Position numbers and translations under genes: made by a program. The notes under the pieces are model-generated. The model worked only from the letters and a program-made list of their open reading frames with translations. It searched no databases and was not told the origin of the DNA. Shown here one piece after another: positions 50,310 to 60,981 of a stretch of 64,000 bases of DNA (position 1 is the stretch's first letter; every line of letters starts with the position of its first letter). The stretch spans positions 3,552,001 through 3,616,000 of the forward strand of contig CAWIAD010000002.1 in assembly GCA_963833985.1 (NCBI GenBank), given 5' to 3'. The DNA is from an uncultured Planctomycetaceae bacterium (lineage in GTDB: Bacteria > Planctomycetota > Planctomycetia > Isosphaerales > Isosphaeraceae).

Positions 50310-53300
50310 TCAGAACAACGTTCCCTGTTTGGAATCCATCTTCTTACCCTTGAGCCGGAACCCGCCATCCTCCTTCTTATCGCCCTCTGGAGCCTGTGGC
50401 ACGTCATTCAGGTAGGTCTCCACTGCCACCCTGCTTCCGAGGAGGACAACGGCATCGTCCCAGCAGTCGTCCCAGGTCCAACCGTGGCGGGGGTCGTCCT
50501 CGGGGAAAGTCTCTGGCTTCCAGACGTGGCAGCCGTCACGCTTCTCGATGAGGGGACCGGGCAGCCCCTTGGAGTGGGCAGCCTGGGGGTTGGTGAGTTC
50601 AGGGATGCCGAGGAGGTTGAAGAATTCGTCGTTGGAGAGTGAGGCGGCGGATTCAGCAGACCACTTGCCCGCCTTGAGTGCCTGGAACGCGGCGGCGGCG
50701 AGTCCGGTAAGGCGTTCCCGGAAGGGGAGCTTGCGGTCCACCCGGTAGAAGCCCTTGGGGTCGGTCGGATCATCACGGACGATCCAGTCGAAGTCATCGG
50801 GATCGAGCCCGTACAGGTCGGCGCAAAGAGCGTCGATCTCAACTCGCAGCCGTAGACGGTCTGCCTCGGTCACAGCCCACCAGTGCTTCCATTCCTTGGA
50901 GGCGAGTTCTGGGTAGACGTGCTTGAGCTTGAGCCATTCGGGGGCAAAGCGGCGGTGGATAAAGGATAGGCATGCCGAGCTGGTTGCGAGGCGATGAATG
51001 ATTTTGGGACTCGTTGAGATCGAAGGCAGTGGACATTCCTCGACGATGTACCAGTTGAGTGAAGCACCACATAGCCGATTCCTCAGTGTCCAGTCGAACA
51101 CCATTGAATCAAGGCAAGCCGTGAGTGTCACATTCTTCTGGACAGATGAGTTAGTCGAGAGGAGAGGTACTTTGTTATTGCAGGGAAGAGCGGGTACACA
51201 ACTTGCGATCATTGTTCGATTGTCGGTATTGCGTGCAATGTCACGGTAGATAACTCTCGTTCCGCTCTGCTGCCCACCGTGACTAAGATAAACGTCCCGA
51301 GCCATAAGATTGAGTGGTTCGATACTCTTATGGTCAGCAGACTGGTTTCGCCAGATGGACTTCGACCCATACCCCTCGACATATCCGACCTTCCAGAAGT
51401 CAAACTGGTGGATGATCCGACCTTGATATAGCGGCAAAGCCACTTCCCCCGCTGGTCCTATCCACTGTCCAAAAGCATCTGGACGGTATCCCTTCGCCTC
51501 CCACTGTTCCCTGGGCGGGAACAGCCGGGAGTCGTTGGTCATGTGGAACTCGGTGGCGAAGGTTATCTCCCAGCCGGGGGCGTTGTCGCCGATGCGGATC
51601 GAGTGGTCGTAGATCTTGCGGAAGATCGCCAGGTCACGGGGGCTGCGAAGCTCGACGAGGCTGAGCGACTTTGGGCTGTTTTTCCGCACGTCCTCGGGCG
51701 TGAACACCATCGATGCCGAGTCATTCCGCAACAGGTCGTCAGGAATCTCATGGGCTTCGGGCGAGTCGCCCACACCCATGCGAAACCGAGCACAGAAGGC
51801 GGTTGTCGTGCCGTCCCGAGTCGCTATAAGAGCGACTTGCTTGTAGGAATGATGGGCAGCGGCGAAGACCCTTTTCTCATTCTGAAACGCATAGAGTAAG
51901 TCGAGCCGACCCCGCTGGAGCAGTTCCTCGCGGAAGTCCCTGGTCCCGAAATCGGAGTAGATCCCCGTAGGGAGGATCACTCCGAGACGACCATTGACCT
52001 TGAGAAGCAGCCAAAACACCTCTGCGAACATCTTGTAGGAGTTTAGGTCCGCACTACCCTGGAGTCGGAATGGGTGCTTCGGGTCGGCGAAACCCTGACG
52101 CTCCTGCCGCCGCCTTGCCCAGACCGCAGACAGGGCTGGTCCTTCTTTGCCCTTGGCGAGAGCCAGGTCGAAGGGTTCTGTGACATTCCTCACCCAGTTT
52201 CCCATTGCCTTGAACCGGGCAATGTATTCGTCCCATTGGTCACTCAAGCCAGGCACAGCGGCGAACAACCCCATCTGTCGCCGCAGCGCCGCCTGCTTGT
52301 CGTAGGTCCGATAGAGTGGGTCAAAGTCGCTAAAGAACTCCTGGGAACTGGGCTTCATCACATCCCACGGGGGATTACCGGCGAGAGCATCGAACCCGCT
52401 GCGATCTGGGGTGAACACGTCGGGGAACTCCAGTTCCCAGTGGAAGAATTTCAGGTCGGAGGCAAGCTGACGAATAATCGAGGAACGAGCATCGGACGGT
52501 TCGGCATGCAAGTTCTCTGGCGTAGGGACGTGCCGCAGTGACTCCTCGTCCGTTTGCCAGAACCACACGGCGCACCATTCATTCATCGCCTCTTTAAGTG
52601 CCTGGCGTGGTTCACTAGCCTCAATCTCCCGATACCGGGTTTCCTGGACCCCGGCGTCGTAGATCGGTTGATCGTGCAATTTCTGATACTCGTCCCGGAG
52701 CCGTGCGATCACATCGAGCGGGCGATGATCAGGCTTCTCCACCAAGGATTGATAGCCCTGGAACCTCGTCTCGATCAGCTTCCGCATCTCAATCTTGATT
52801 CGCCCGTCACCCGAGCGGCGGTTCCCGACCTTCTCACCTTTGAGGAAAGTCTCGATCCGCCCTGTACGCTCACCGTTCTTGCCATCGCCGCCTTCTCGCT
52901 CCCATGCTTTGAGCGGGTAGTCCTCCACCCGATCCAGCCAGCAACCAACCAGCGAGTTGCCGACCTTGATCTTGTGATCCAGGAAAGAGAATGGGAGACC
53001 AGGGTCCAGCGTGGCGATCCAGAGTGAGACTCGCGCCAGTTCCACGGCGAGCGGATTGATGTCTACCCCGTAGATGCACCGTTCTACGACGTACCGCCTC
53101 AGTCGAGCCTTTACCCATGCCTCGAAGTTGTCTCCGTAGTACGGATCGTTCGCTGGGAACTTCACGACCTCCTCACCGATCCGCCCCGTTCGTGGCATCC
53201 CGAGGGGCAGCGTGAGCGTATTGGCAATTTCCGGGTTATCCAGAAGGCGGTGGTAACACAGAGACCGATATAGGGCATCCGTTTGGTAGTCCAACGCCGC

Positions 53301-55322
53301 CACTAGGAATGAGGCACTCCCGCAAGCTGGATCGCAAAGTTTCAGGGCGAGGATGACCTCTGGTTCCTTCGGGACGGACGAGCCATTCTCTGCCTTGTCA
53401 TAGCAGAGAGGCTCCAAGGTTCGGTGGACGGTAGGCACCGCCAGTTCTGGTCTGGTGTAGAACGTACCCGAGCCTTTACGGGTATTGCCCGCCCTCACCA
53501 GATAGAACTCACCCAGGACTGTTACCCGCTTGATGAGCTTCGTCGCCTCATTATCGAGGCGGGCTTGATACTCACTGTCCGTCTCCCTGGCTCTTTGCCT
53601 GCCCACCATTCCGGCGAGGACAGCCGCGTCCCTTGCCCAGCGCCTTGCAGCTTCCTCTGCCGCGAGGTACTCGCCTGTGCGTGATGCCTCCACTTCGACT
53701 GAATCGCCCTCCACAGAGGGTTCTTCTTCGCCGATCTCCTCTGGTTCCTCGGGCTGTTCTTCCTCCTCGGGTGACTCTTCCTCCTCATCCTTGGCACTGG
53801 CAGTAACCTGTTCTTTGCGGAGCGTGGTGAGGAGGTTCTTGAGCCCAGTGCGGTCGTGGGTCAGCATGTCCTCCAACCGACGCAGAGGCAGGACCGGCTG
53901 CCGACCAATATTCAGGAACACCATCGGACCAAGGGAATCGTCCGTTCGCTTGAGCCGGTAGTCCAGCAGACCTTCATAGATCAGCCCGATGACCTGGGTG
54001 CGCAAGTCTGAGAAATCGACCGGTCCTTCTACGTAGGTCTTGGTCCGTCCCCGGATCACCGGCAACTTTGCTCGCAGCAACTTGCGGAGCACGGCATAGA
54101 TCGTCGAATCGCTTACAGGGACCAGAGTCTCAAGGATGTGCAGTGCCCTGGCGACAGGATCGGAGCCATTGGATGCACCTGGGCGAAACAGCAGACCGCC
54201 ACGTTCCGGGAACATCAAGTCGGGGTGGAGCGAACCGTCGTGGATCAACCGGAAGAGAGCCATCAAGCGAGACCAAGCAGTGGTCTGGTTGAAGAGGCTG
54301 TGAACACCGCCCTCGAAGCGGACAGCTTCCTCCAACTGCTCATACAGAGTGCGTACCCCATAGGAATGGTCGTAGATCGGTCCATTGAACCGCAATTCTG
54401 GGCGGGACTCCGCGAATAGGCAGACGACCAGCCGCATGATCAGCCGCACCGTCGCTTGGTAGAGAGCCTCATTCGCCTGGGTATCAGTCAGGGGATCGTC
54501 TGCACCGTGATGTACCAGGCTTGCAAACAGTCCTGAGTCCGTTCGGCTCTGCTTGGACACGTCTTCCAGGATGAATTCGATGGCTTCACGGACATTTTCT
54601 TGGAGAAAGTCAGACAGCCGTGCCTGGCGGTTGCGTGACTCTTCAACCGCATCCAGCAGCCCCGAGACACCCGCCTTGATCGGCTTGAGGGACTCGGCAG
54701 ACAGTAGTTGCCGCAGCCCTGCGAGTTCTTCAGAACCTTCGCCGTCGTCAAACCAGCGACCGGACTCCCATTCGCACCAAGACTCAAAGTCCAGCCCTGC
54801 ATACATCAGCCGGAACTGGTATCCATTGGTCAGTAATCCCAGGCGATGCCCCGTGCCCCGCAAAAGCTCCAGGAAGCGTGCATACGCTGTTCGTCCCCGT
54901 CCTCGCCCCACCTGAGCCGAGGTATCCGCCATGACCAGCAGGGCGGGCACAGTGGCGTTGGCATCGCCATAGACGACGCGGTGAGGGCGGATCGTCTCGG
55001 AACGGCTGCCGATGCGAACAACGGTTGTGAGCTTCTCTGGTATGGCGTTCTGCCGAACGACCCGCCCCCACTTGTGACCGAGGTATCCATCGAGCAGGGC
55101 ATCGACCCAGGCGAGGATCGACGGTTCGTCCAGGTTCGGTTCCCCCTCGGCGGCAACCTTGGCGCGGAAACGGGTTTGGGCGTCCCGCAGCTTGTTAGTC
55201 ACCGCCCAGGGTGCCGGTTCGGGTGCGGACGGATACCGCTCCAGCATCACCACTGGCGACAAGAGCAACCCTTGGTGCCGCAGCCGGGACCACCAAGCAT
55301 GTGCCGTATCGACTTGGCTCAT
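50310..55322 (-). CDS. Large N6-adenine DNA methyltransferase (Eco57I/type IIG-like, DrmMI-like) with target recognition domain
   Basis: GLLTNG..FRL, IG.IYEGLL, RKGSGTFYT, motif I DPACGSASFL, IYGVDINP.AVELA..SLW, FHWELEFPDVF and motif IV GNPPW; start overlaps the drmD stop (ATGA). Confidence 0.92.
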   Translation of the reverse strand: MSQVDTAHAWWSRLRHQGLLLSPVVMLERYPSAPEPAPWAVTNKLRDAQTRFRAKVAAEGEPNLDEPSILAWVDALLDGYLGHKWGRVVRQNAIPEKLTTVVRIGSRSETIRPHRVVYGDANATVPALLVMADTSAQVGRGRGRTAYARFLELLRGTGHRLGLLTNGYQFRLMYAGLDFESWCEWESGRWFDDGEGSEELAGLRQLLSAESLKPIKAGVSGLLDAVEESRNRQARLSDFLQENVREAIEFILEDVSKQSRTDSGLFASLVHHGADDPLTDTQANEALYQATVRLIMRLVVCLFAESRPELRFNGPIYDHSYGVRTLYEQLEEAVRFEGGVHSLFNQTTAWSRLMALFRLIHDGSLHPDLMFPERGGLLFRPGASNGSDPVARALHILETLVPVSDSTIYAVLRKLLRAKLPVIRGRTKTYVEGPVDFSDLRTQVIGLIYEGLLDYRLKRTDDSLGPMVFLNIGRQPVLPLRRLEDMLTHDRTGLKNLLTTLRKEQVTASAKDEEEESPEEEEQPEEPEEIGEEEPSVEGDSVEVEASRTGEYLAAEEAARRWARDAAVLAGMVGRQRARETDSEYQARLDNEATKLIKRVTVLGEFYLVRAGNTRKGSGTFYTRPELAVPTVHRTLEPLCYDKAENGSSVPKEPEVILALKLCDPACGSASFLVAALDYQTDALYRSLCYHRLLDNPEIANTLTLPLGMPRTGRIGEEVVKFPANDPYYGDNFEAWVKARLRRYVVERCIYGVDINPLAVELARVSLWIATLDPGLPFSFLDHKIKVGNSLVGCWLDRVEDYPLKAWEREGGDGKNGERTGRIETFLKGEKVGNRRSGDGRIKIEMRKLIETRFQGYQSLVEKPDHRPLDVIARLRDEYQKLHDQPIYDAGVQETRYREIEASEPRQALKEAMNEWCAVWFWQTDEESLRHVPTPENLHAEPSDARSSIIRQLASDLKFFHWELEFPDVFTPDRSGFDALAGNPPWDVMKPSSQEFFSDFDPLYRTYDKQAALRRQMGLFAAVPGLSDQWDEYIARFKAMGNWVRNVTEPFDLALAKGKEGPALSAVWARRRQERQGFADPKHPFRLQGSADLNSYKMFAEVFWLLLKVNGRLGVILPTGIYSDFGTRDFREELLQRGRLDLLYAFQNEKRVFAAAHHSYKQVALIATRDGTTTAFCARFRMGVGDSPEAHEIPDDLLRNDSASMVFTPEDVRKNSPKSLSLVELRSPRDLAIFRKIYDHSIRIGDNAPGWEITFATEFHMTNDSRLFPPREQWEAKGYRPDAFGQWIGPAGEVALPLYQGRIIHQFDFWKVGYVEGYGSKSIWRNQSADHKSIEPLNLMARDVYLSHGGQQSGTRVIYRDIARNTDNRTMIASCVPALPCNNKVPLLSTNSSVQKNVTLTACLDSMVFDWTLRNRLCGASLNWYIVEECPLPSISTSPKIIHRLATSSACLSFIHRRFAPEWLKLKHVYPELASKEWKHWWAVTEADRLRLRVEIDALCADLYGLDPDDFDWIVRDDPTDPKGFYRVDRKLPFRERLTGLAAAAFQALKAGKWSAESAASLSNDEFFNLLGIPELTNPQAAHSKGLPGPLIEKRDGCHVWKPETFPEDDPRHGWTWDDCWDDAVVLLGSRVAVETYLNDVPQAPEGDKKEDGGFRLKGKKMDSKQGTLF

Positions 55323-58300
55323 GGCTGGAGATCCTCTTTGGTCTCCGGGACGAGGTACGTGAGTGCCAGGGGCAGCACCCTCACCTCACGCAATTGGAAC
55401 CGCTTGGGCAAGACAACCTTGAGCCGGTGGTCTTGCTCCCTGGTCAGTAGTTCTCGGGTCCGTTCCACGTCCTGCCGGATCACTTCCATCTGCTCGTCCA
55501 GTTCCTTTTGGCTGACCCGGATTTCCTCCACGACATCGGCAAGGAGGGCATAGCGTTCCATCTCTGCTTCGACCTTGACGATCGCCTTGGCGAGCCTCGC
55601 CCGTTCGCGGTCGCTACTGCGATCCTGCAACTCGTTGAGCCGGTAGCGGTAGCTCTCCTTCGCTGCATCGGTTTCTCGCTTCTTCGTCGTATCCGCTCTG
55701 GCTTGCAGTTCCTTCTTCAACGCCGATTCCTCGGAACGCAGGAAGGCTTCGAGTTGCCTGCGGTGAGTAAGCCACCGACCCCTGAATGCCCTGACCCAAT
55801 CATCGCGGCTGGACGGCGACTTGACCGGATGGAACTCACTTGCCAGGACGCTCTGCTCAAAATCGTGATCCACGGCTTCAAGCTGGTGTCCAACGATGCG
55901 ATAGACCCGGCACACAACTTCGTCGTGGAGCGGCTCCCGCAGTTCGTTGATTGCCGTGATCGTGTAATAGAAGACCAGCAGGGCATCGAACCCAGTGCGA
56001 TGAAGGGCAGCGATTGACCACCGGAAGATCGGGTCATGGGAGGTCGGGTCGTGAAGCTGGCGACACAGGGTTGCCATTGCCTGCCGCATGATCGGATGAC
56101 CGAGACGGAGGAGTACCTGGTGCTTCTGGAGCCGCAGCACCCGCCTCCCGCTGACCTCTTTTTCGACGAGAGCCGTGTCGAAAACCAGTTCCATGCGGTC
56201 AGTTCGTGGTCCCACGGTGAGGGTTTGGCGAGCCAGTCCTTCCCAGCGTGGCGGCGGCTTGAGCCGGTAGAAGCCTGGTCGCCCCGTGATCTCATCCAGT
56301 GCCCCTTGCCCCTCCACCGCGATGGCTGCTCTGAGGATGTCCGCAAGGGATTGGGACGAGATCCCCAGGCGGTTGTCGGTGTTCTCCAGCAGTTCCCTGG
56401 CACGCCGGGTCAGGTCAGCAAGGTCGTGAACGGTGGTCTGACCCAGGTCATTCTTCTCAGGGCTGCGTGCGGACTCCTGCTCAATGAACAGGTTGATCTG
56501 ATCCACCGAGGTCGGCTTGCCCTGAAAGTGCTGCTGGATTGCGGCGTCGAAGATGCGCTCAACGCTGCCGAGGTCATCTTGAATCGTGCTCGCCTTCCCG
56601 GCAACGTAGGCGAGGAAGTCCATGTCTTCTTCCTGGTCGCAACGGAAGTAATGCACGCTCACATCCCGAACCTGACCGTGCCGGGACACACGCCCGTTGC
56701 GTTGCACGATCTTCGAGGGCGACCAGGGGATGTCGTAGTGGACGATCCACCGACACTCCTCCTGCATGTTGATGCCCTCGGAGGCTGCATCGGTCGCGAG
56801 GAGCAGCCGTACGGCGGCGTTGCGGTCCTCGAACTCGGACTTTACCGCCTCGAACTCATCTACGTTCATTCCGCCGTAGAGGAGCCGCAGGGTGTTCTTG
56901 TCGAAGCCCTCCTGGAGAAACCGCTGCTCCAAGTAGAAGAGGGTCTCCTTGTATTCCGTGAAAACGATGAGCCGCTCGTCGTCCCTCGGCTTGCCGTTGG
57001 CGAACAGGTGATTCTTGACCCAGCAAACCAGGGCTTCAGTCTTCGAGTCCGACTTCTTGGCGAGATGGTTGAGCTTGCCAGGGTCTTCGATCGTGTTTCG
57101 GTCGTAGCCGAGGGCTTCCAGGGCTTGATTGACCCTGCGCTGCAAATCCTCAGTGGTCTGTCCCCGGCTGCGGAAGTAAGCACCCGAGTAGCGAGCGGCG
57201 TCATCTTCCAAGACCGACCGCTCGTCGTCGCTCTTGGTTTGCTCCTCTGCGCGTTCCGCAGACACCCGTGCCATGTCGAAGAGGCTGCCACCGTCCGGTT
57301 CCAGGTCGCCTTCCAGGTGCCTCCACCACGTCCGTGCGAACGCGAATGGGCATGACAGGAGTCGTTTGGTCAGCAGCGAGTAGATGAACTGACCCAGCCA
57401 CCTTTCGGCTGCCGAGGCATTGCCAAGGGCAGCTTGTCCCTTCTTGCGGTAATCCCGCAAGGCGGCGTAGAGAGCGGTCTCCTTTGAGGACAGATTGAGC
57501 TTCAACTCAACTGGGGGAAGCTGATCGGCAAAGGGAGGGCGGATCGACTGCTTGTTGATGTCATCCTTGAGTCGGCGGATGCGGACCTCCGCGAGATGTG
57601 CCTTGTCCTTGGCATCCATCTCGGTGGTCATCTGGAACCGGATGGGGTCGAGCAATTCCAGCACGCCGGTGAAGCAGACCGTCTTGCCGTTATGGGGCGT
57701 GGCTGAGGCGAAGATGCGGTGCTCGAAGAGAAACCGGATCTCACGAAGCATCCGAGTTCGCTGGCTGGCACGGCTGCCGCTTTGTGGTGCGAAGTGATGT
57801 ACTTCGTCTACAATAAGTAAATCCCACGGAGCGTGAGCCGTCGTACGGTTACGGTTGGTCTCTGCATCGGCACCCGCTCCAGATGCCTGAAGGAACTGCT
57901 GGAGGACATCGGGCATCCGCAGGTAGTCCATCGACGTGATGACGCGGGGGAAGGCTTTCCAGGGATTCGTGTCGATTCCCATTTCCCGCCGCAGCTTGAA
58001 CGTCGAGTCCGAGTCGATGACCCGGAAGTCCAGGTTGAACTTCCTCCTCAACTCGTACTGCCATTGCCGCTGGAGCATCGCGGGGCAGACGACCAGGATG
58101 CGCCGTATGCGTCGTCGCAGCAGCAGTTCTTCCAGCACCAGCCCGGCTTGGATCGTTTTTCCCAAGCCCACGCTATCCGCCAGAAGGAGGCTGACGCGGG
58201 GCATCGCCAAGGCTTTGAGCACCGGCTCAAGCTGGTAGGCATGAACCTGGATGGCTGAATTCCAGACACCCAGGAGCGGCTCGTCCTTGATGTCCTCGCC

Positions 58301-58618
58301 CTCACGCAACCGGTTCAGACGTGTCCAGCGATGGGCGTTCACGAACGCCTGCAATGCCTGGGGGCTGTCAGGTCGGTTGGCATCGACTCCTGGAAGAGTT
58401 GTGGTTCCGAGGACGGTGCCGGTTGCCTCGACCTCCCAGAGCAACTGCTCAGCTTCCGGGTATCGCCAGTCATCGAGATACTCGACATCGATGATGTGCA
58501 AGCGACCGCTACCGGTGCGGCTGTCGTAGGGCTCAACGGCACGTACCGTCGCCAGGCGGTTGCGAACACGCACAGCCTGACCTACTTCGGGGATCTTCTG
58601 AGCGGCGCTGCTTGCCAT
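55319..58618 (-). CDS. drmD: SNF2-family ATPase, DISARM DrmD-like
   Basis: PEVGQ.VRVR N-terminus, YQLEP...AL.MPRV.LLLAD.VGLGKTIQAG, IVDEVH, SATPHNG, IVFTEY, LATDAASEGINMQ and YDIPWSP....QRNGRV.RHGQ. Confidence 0.85.
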   Translation of the reverse strand: MASSAAQKIPEVGQAVRVRNRLATVRAVEPYDSRTGSGRLHIIDVEYLDDWRYPEAEQLLWEVEATGTVLGTTTLPGVDANRPDSPQALQAFVNAHRWTRLNRLREGEDIKDEPLLGVWNSAIQVHAYQLEPVLKALAMPRVSLLLADSVGLGKTIQAGLVLEELLLRRRIRRILVVCPAMLQRQWQYELRRKFNLDFRVIDSDSTFKLRREMGIDTNPWKAFPRVITSMDYLRMPDVLQQFLQASGAGADAETNRNRTTAHAPWDLLIVDEVHHFAPQSGSRASQRTRMLREIRFLFEHRIFASATPHNGKTVCFTGVLELLDPIRFQMTTEMDAKDKAHLAEVRIRRLKDDINKQSIRPPFADQLPPVELKLNLSSKETALYAALRDYRKKGQAALGNASAAERWLGQFIYSLLTKRLLSCPFAFARTWWRHLEGDLEPDGGSLFDMARVSAERAEEQTKSDDERSVLEDDAARYSGAYFRSRGQTTEDLQRRVNQALEALGYDRNTIEDPGKLNHLAKKSDSKTEALVCWVKNHLFANGKPRDDERLIVFTEYKETLFYLEQRFLQEGFDKNTLRLLYGGMNVDEFEAVKSEFEDRNAAVRLLLATDAASEGINMQEECRWIVHYDIPWSPSKIVQRNGRVSRHGQVRDVSVHYFRCDQEEDMDFLAYVAGKASTIQDDLGSVERIFDAAIQQHFQGKPTSVDQINLFIEQESARSPEKNDLGQTTVHDLADLTRRARELLENTDNRLGISSQSLADILRAAIAVEGQGALDEITGRPGFYRLKPPPRWEGLARQTLTVGPRTDRMELVFDTALVEKEVSGRRVLRLQKHQVLLRLGHPIMRQAMATLCRQLHDPTSHDPIFRWSIAALHRTGFDALLVFYYTITAINELREPLHDEVVCRVYRIVGHQLEAVDHDFEQSVLASEFHPVKSPSSRDDWVRAFRGRWLTHRRQLEAFLRSEESALKKELQARADTTKKRETDAAKESYRYRLNELQDRSSDRERARLAKAIVKVEAEMERYALLADVVEEIRVSQKELDEQMEVIRQDVERTRELLTREQDHRLKVVLPKRFQLREVRVLPLALTYLVPETKEDLQP

Positions 58619-58967
58619 GTCAGGAGTCTTTGACCCGTCTTGGTCTGGTAAGGCAAGCCACTAGATTCCATGCAAGCACCATCAATGCTTCGCTTCATGG
58701 AGGTGGCTGCCTAATTTACCAGCGTACTGGAACCGGTAGGGAGGGACAAGGAACGGGGAATCGTTCCTCTCACCTGGTTCGGGATAGCTCACCCCTCCTG
58801 GGCTTGGGGTTCATTCTTGCCCGATTCTCGTCGCCCGCTGACCTATGGACAGGTGTCCAGAGAAGGTGAGATGATGAACGTCTACGGAACGAGCCTCTGG
58901 CGTTCTAGTAAACGATTGCGATTGTGATTGAATCGGGCTCAGTAATCTGGCTGCTGGGAGCCACCAC

Positions 58968-60980
58968 ATGGATATCGATCTTCGAGGTCGGGTGAACAAC
59001 ACGAAGCTCGCTGTGTCCAATCCTCTTCTTCCGCTCTTCGAGGCGATCATCAACTCGATCCACGCCATCGAGGAAAGAGCAGAGGGAAAGGGGTCGATCG
59101 AGGTCTTCGTTGAACGTGATAAATCACAAGGCTTGTTAGAGTCCGATCAGACCTCGATCGCTCTTGGTCCGATAGAGAACTTCGTAATCCGGGATAACGG
59201 GATCGGTTTTACGGAGGAGAACTTTCGTGCGTTCAAGACCTCGGACACTACCAAGAAGGTGGCTAAAGGCGGCAAGGGCGTCGGGCGATTGCTGTGGCTG
59301 AAGGCATTCGAGAAGGCAGAGATTGACAGCACGTTTATCGAGTCTGAGAGGTGTTGGAGAAGAAGCTTCGAGTTTGCCTTCACGGAACGTGGGATCGAGC
59401 GGCAGTCAAAGAAGGAAATGGAAGAAGTACTGCTGACTACTTCTGTGAGGTTGGTCGGTCTGAGGTCGGAATACGAGAAGCCCTGCCCCAAGAGCGCTGA
59501 AACAATCTCCAGGCGCATCATCGAGCACTGCTTGGAGTACTTTGCCCTGGACTCCTGCCCGAAGATAACTCTGGTCGATGAGGACGCCGACACCCGGATT
59601 GACTTGAAGAGGTTCTTCTCTTCGGAGATGCGTGTCCAATCGCAAACGAGCAAGATCAAGATCAAAGAGAAGAACTTTCGAGTTCATCACATCTTGGTCA
59701 ATTCTGCTCAAGACGGACAGCACCGCGTTTTCTATTGTGCCCATCAACGAGCAGTCCGATCCGATCCACTCATTGGCAAGATACCGAATCTTCTAACGCC
59801 GCTCAGAGGGCAGGACAACGAAGAGCCAGTCATTTACTCCGGTTACATATCCGGCAAGTATCTCGATGAGACCGTCAACACGGAGAGGACGGCGTTCCAC
59901 ATTCACGATCAGTTTGAGCTTCCACTTGGCGACGAACTGACATGGAAAGACTTGATCGATGGTGCAGTTGCCGCAGCAAGCGAGTTCCTCTCCCCGTTCA
60001 CAGAGCCTATCCGTCGTTCAAAGGAAGAGCGGATTCGGGAGTACGTCCAGAAAGAAGCTCCCCAGTACCGCCCGCTGGTGAAGCATCGTTCCGATTGGCT
60101 TGATGAGATCCCCGCTAACCTGCCGGATGACAAGCTTGACGTGGAACTCTATAAGATTGACCAACGCTACGGAATCTAGTTGAGAGTGAAGGCAAGCGAG
60201 ATACAGGCATCGAATGGCAAGGTCGGATCACCAGACGAGGGTCGAACAGTCTTCGAGACGTTCATCGAGGAGTGGAATGAACATGGTATGGCGAAACTCG
60301 CACGCTACGTTGCCCACAGGAAAGCCACTCTCGCATTCCTGACAGACAGGCTGGGACTGCGGGCTGATGGGCGTTACCCGTTGGAAGAGAGCGTCCACCA
60401 AATTATATTCCCTTTGAAGAAGACATCCGACGACATCCAATCTGACAGGATGAACCTCTGGATCATCGACGAGAAACTCGCCTATCACTACTATCTTGCT
60501 TCCGACAAGCAGTTTAGGCACCTTGAGCCTGTCGAGCTTTCAAGTCAAAACCGTGCCGACCTTGTAATATTCAATAATCCTTTCGCATTCGCAGACTCCG
60601 ATGCCCCGTTTGGGTCGATTGTGCTAGTCGAGTTCAAGCGTCCAGCCAGAGACGATTACACGGACGAGGATAATCCTATCGCCCAGGTCTACAGCTATGT
60701 TCGAGAGATCAAGGCGGGGAAGGCAAAAGACCGCCAAGGGCGTCCAATCAGAGTTCCTGATCGTATTCCGTTCTACGCCTACGTAGTTTGTGATCTAACT
60801 CCGAAGCTCATGACCCAAGCTGAAAACGCCCAACTCACGCCCACACCTGATTCTCACGGGTTTTTTGGATACAACCCGAACCTGGGAGTCTACATAGAAG
60901 TCCTATCATTCGATAAACTGATCAACGATGCGAAGAAGCGGAATGCTGTTCTTTTCGAGAAACTGGGAATAATCGGCTGA
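58968..60980 (+). pseudogene. GHKL (HATPase_c/MORC-like) ATPase fused to PD-(D/E)xK nuclease; single in-frame TAG at 60177-60179
   Basis: EAIINSIHA, IRDNGIGF and GGKGVGR. The same frame continues after the TAG with YV.HRK, NLWIIDEKL and RADLVIF....IVLVEFKRP. Confidence 0.8.
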
Positions 60981-60981
60981 C

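Noticed and set aside
56036..57355. 439-aa plus-strand ORF
   Set aside because: Antisense to drmD, with no motifs.
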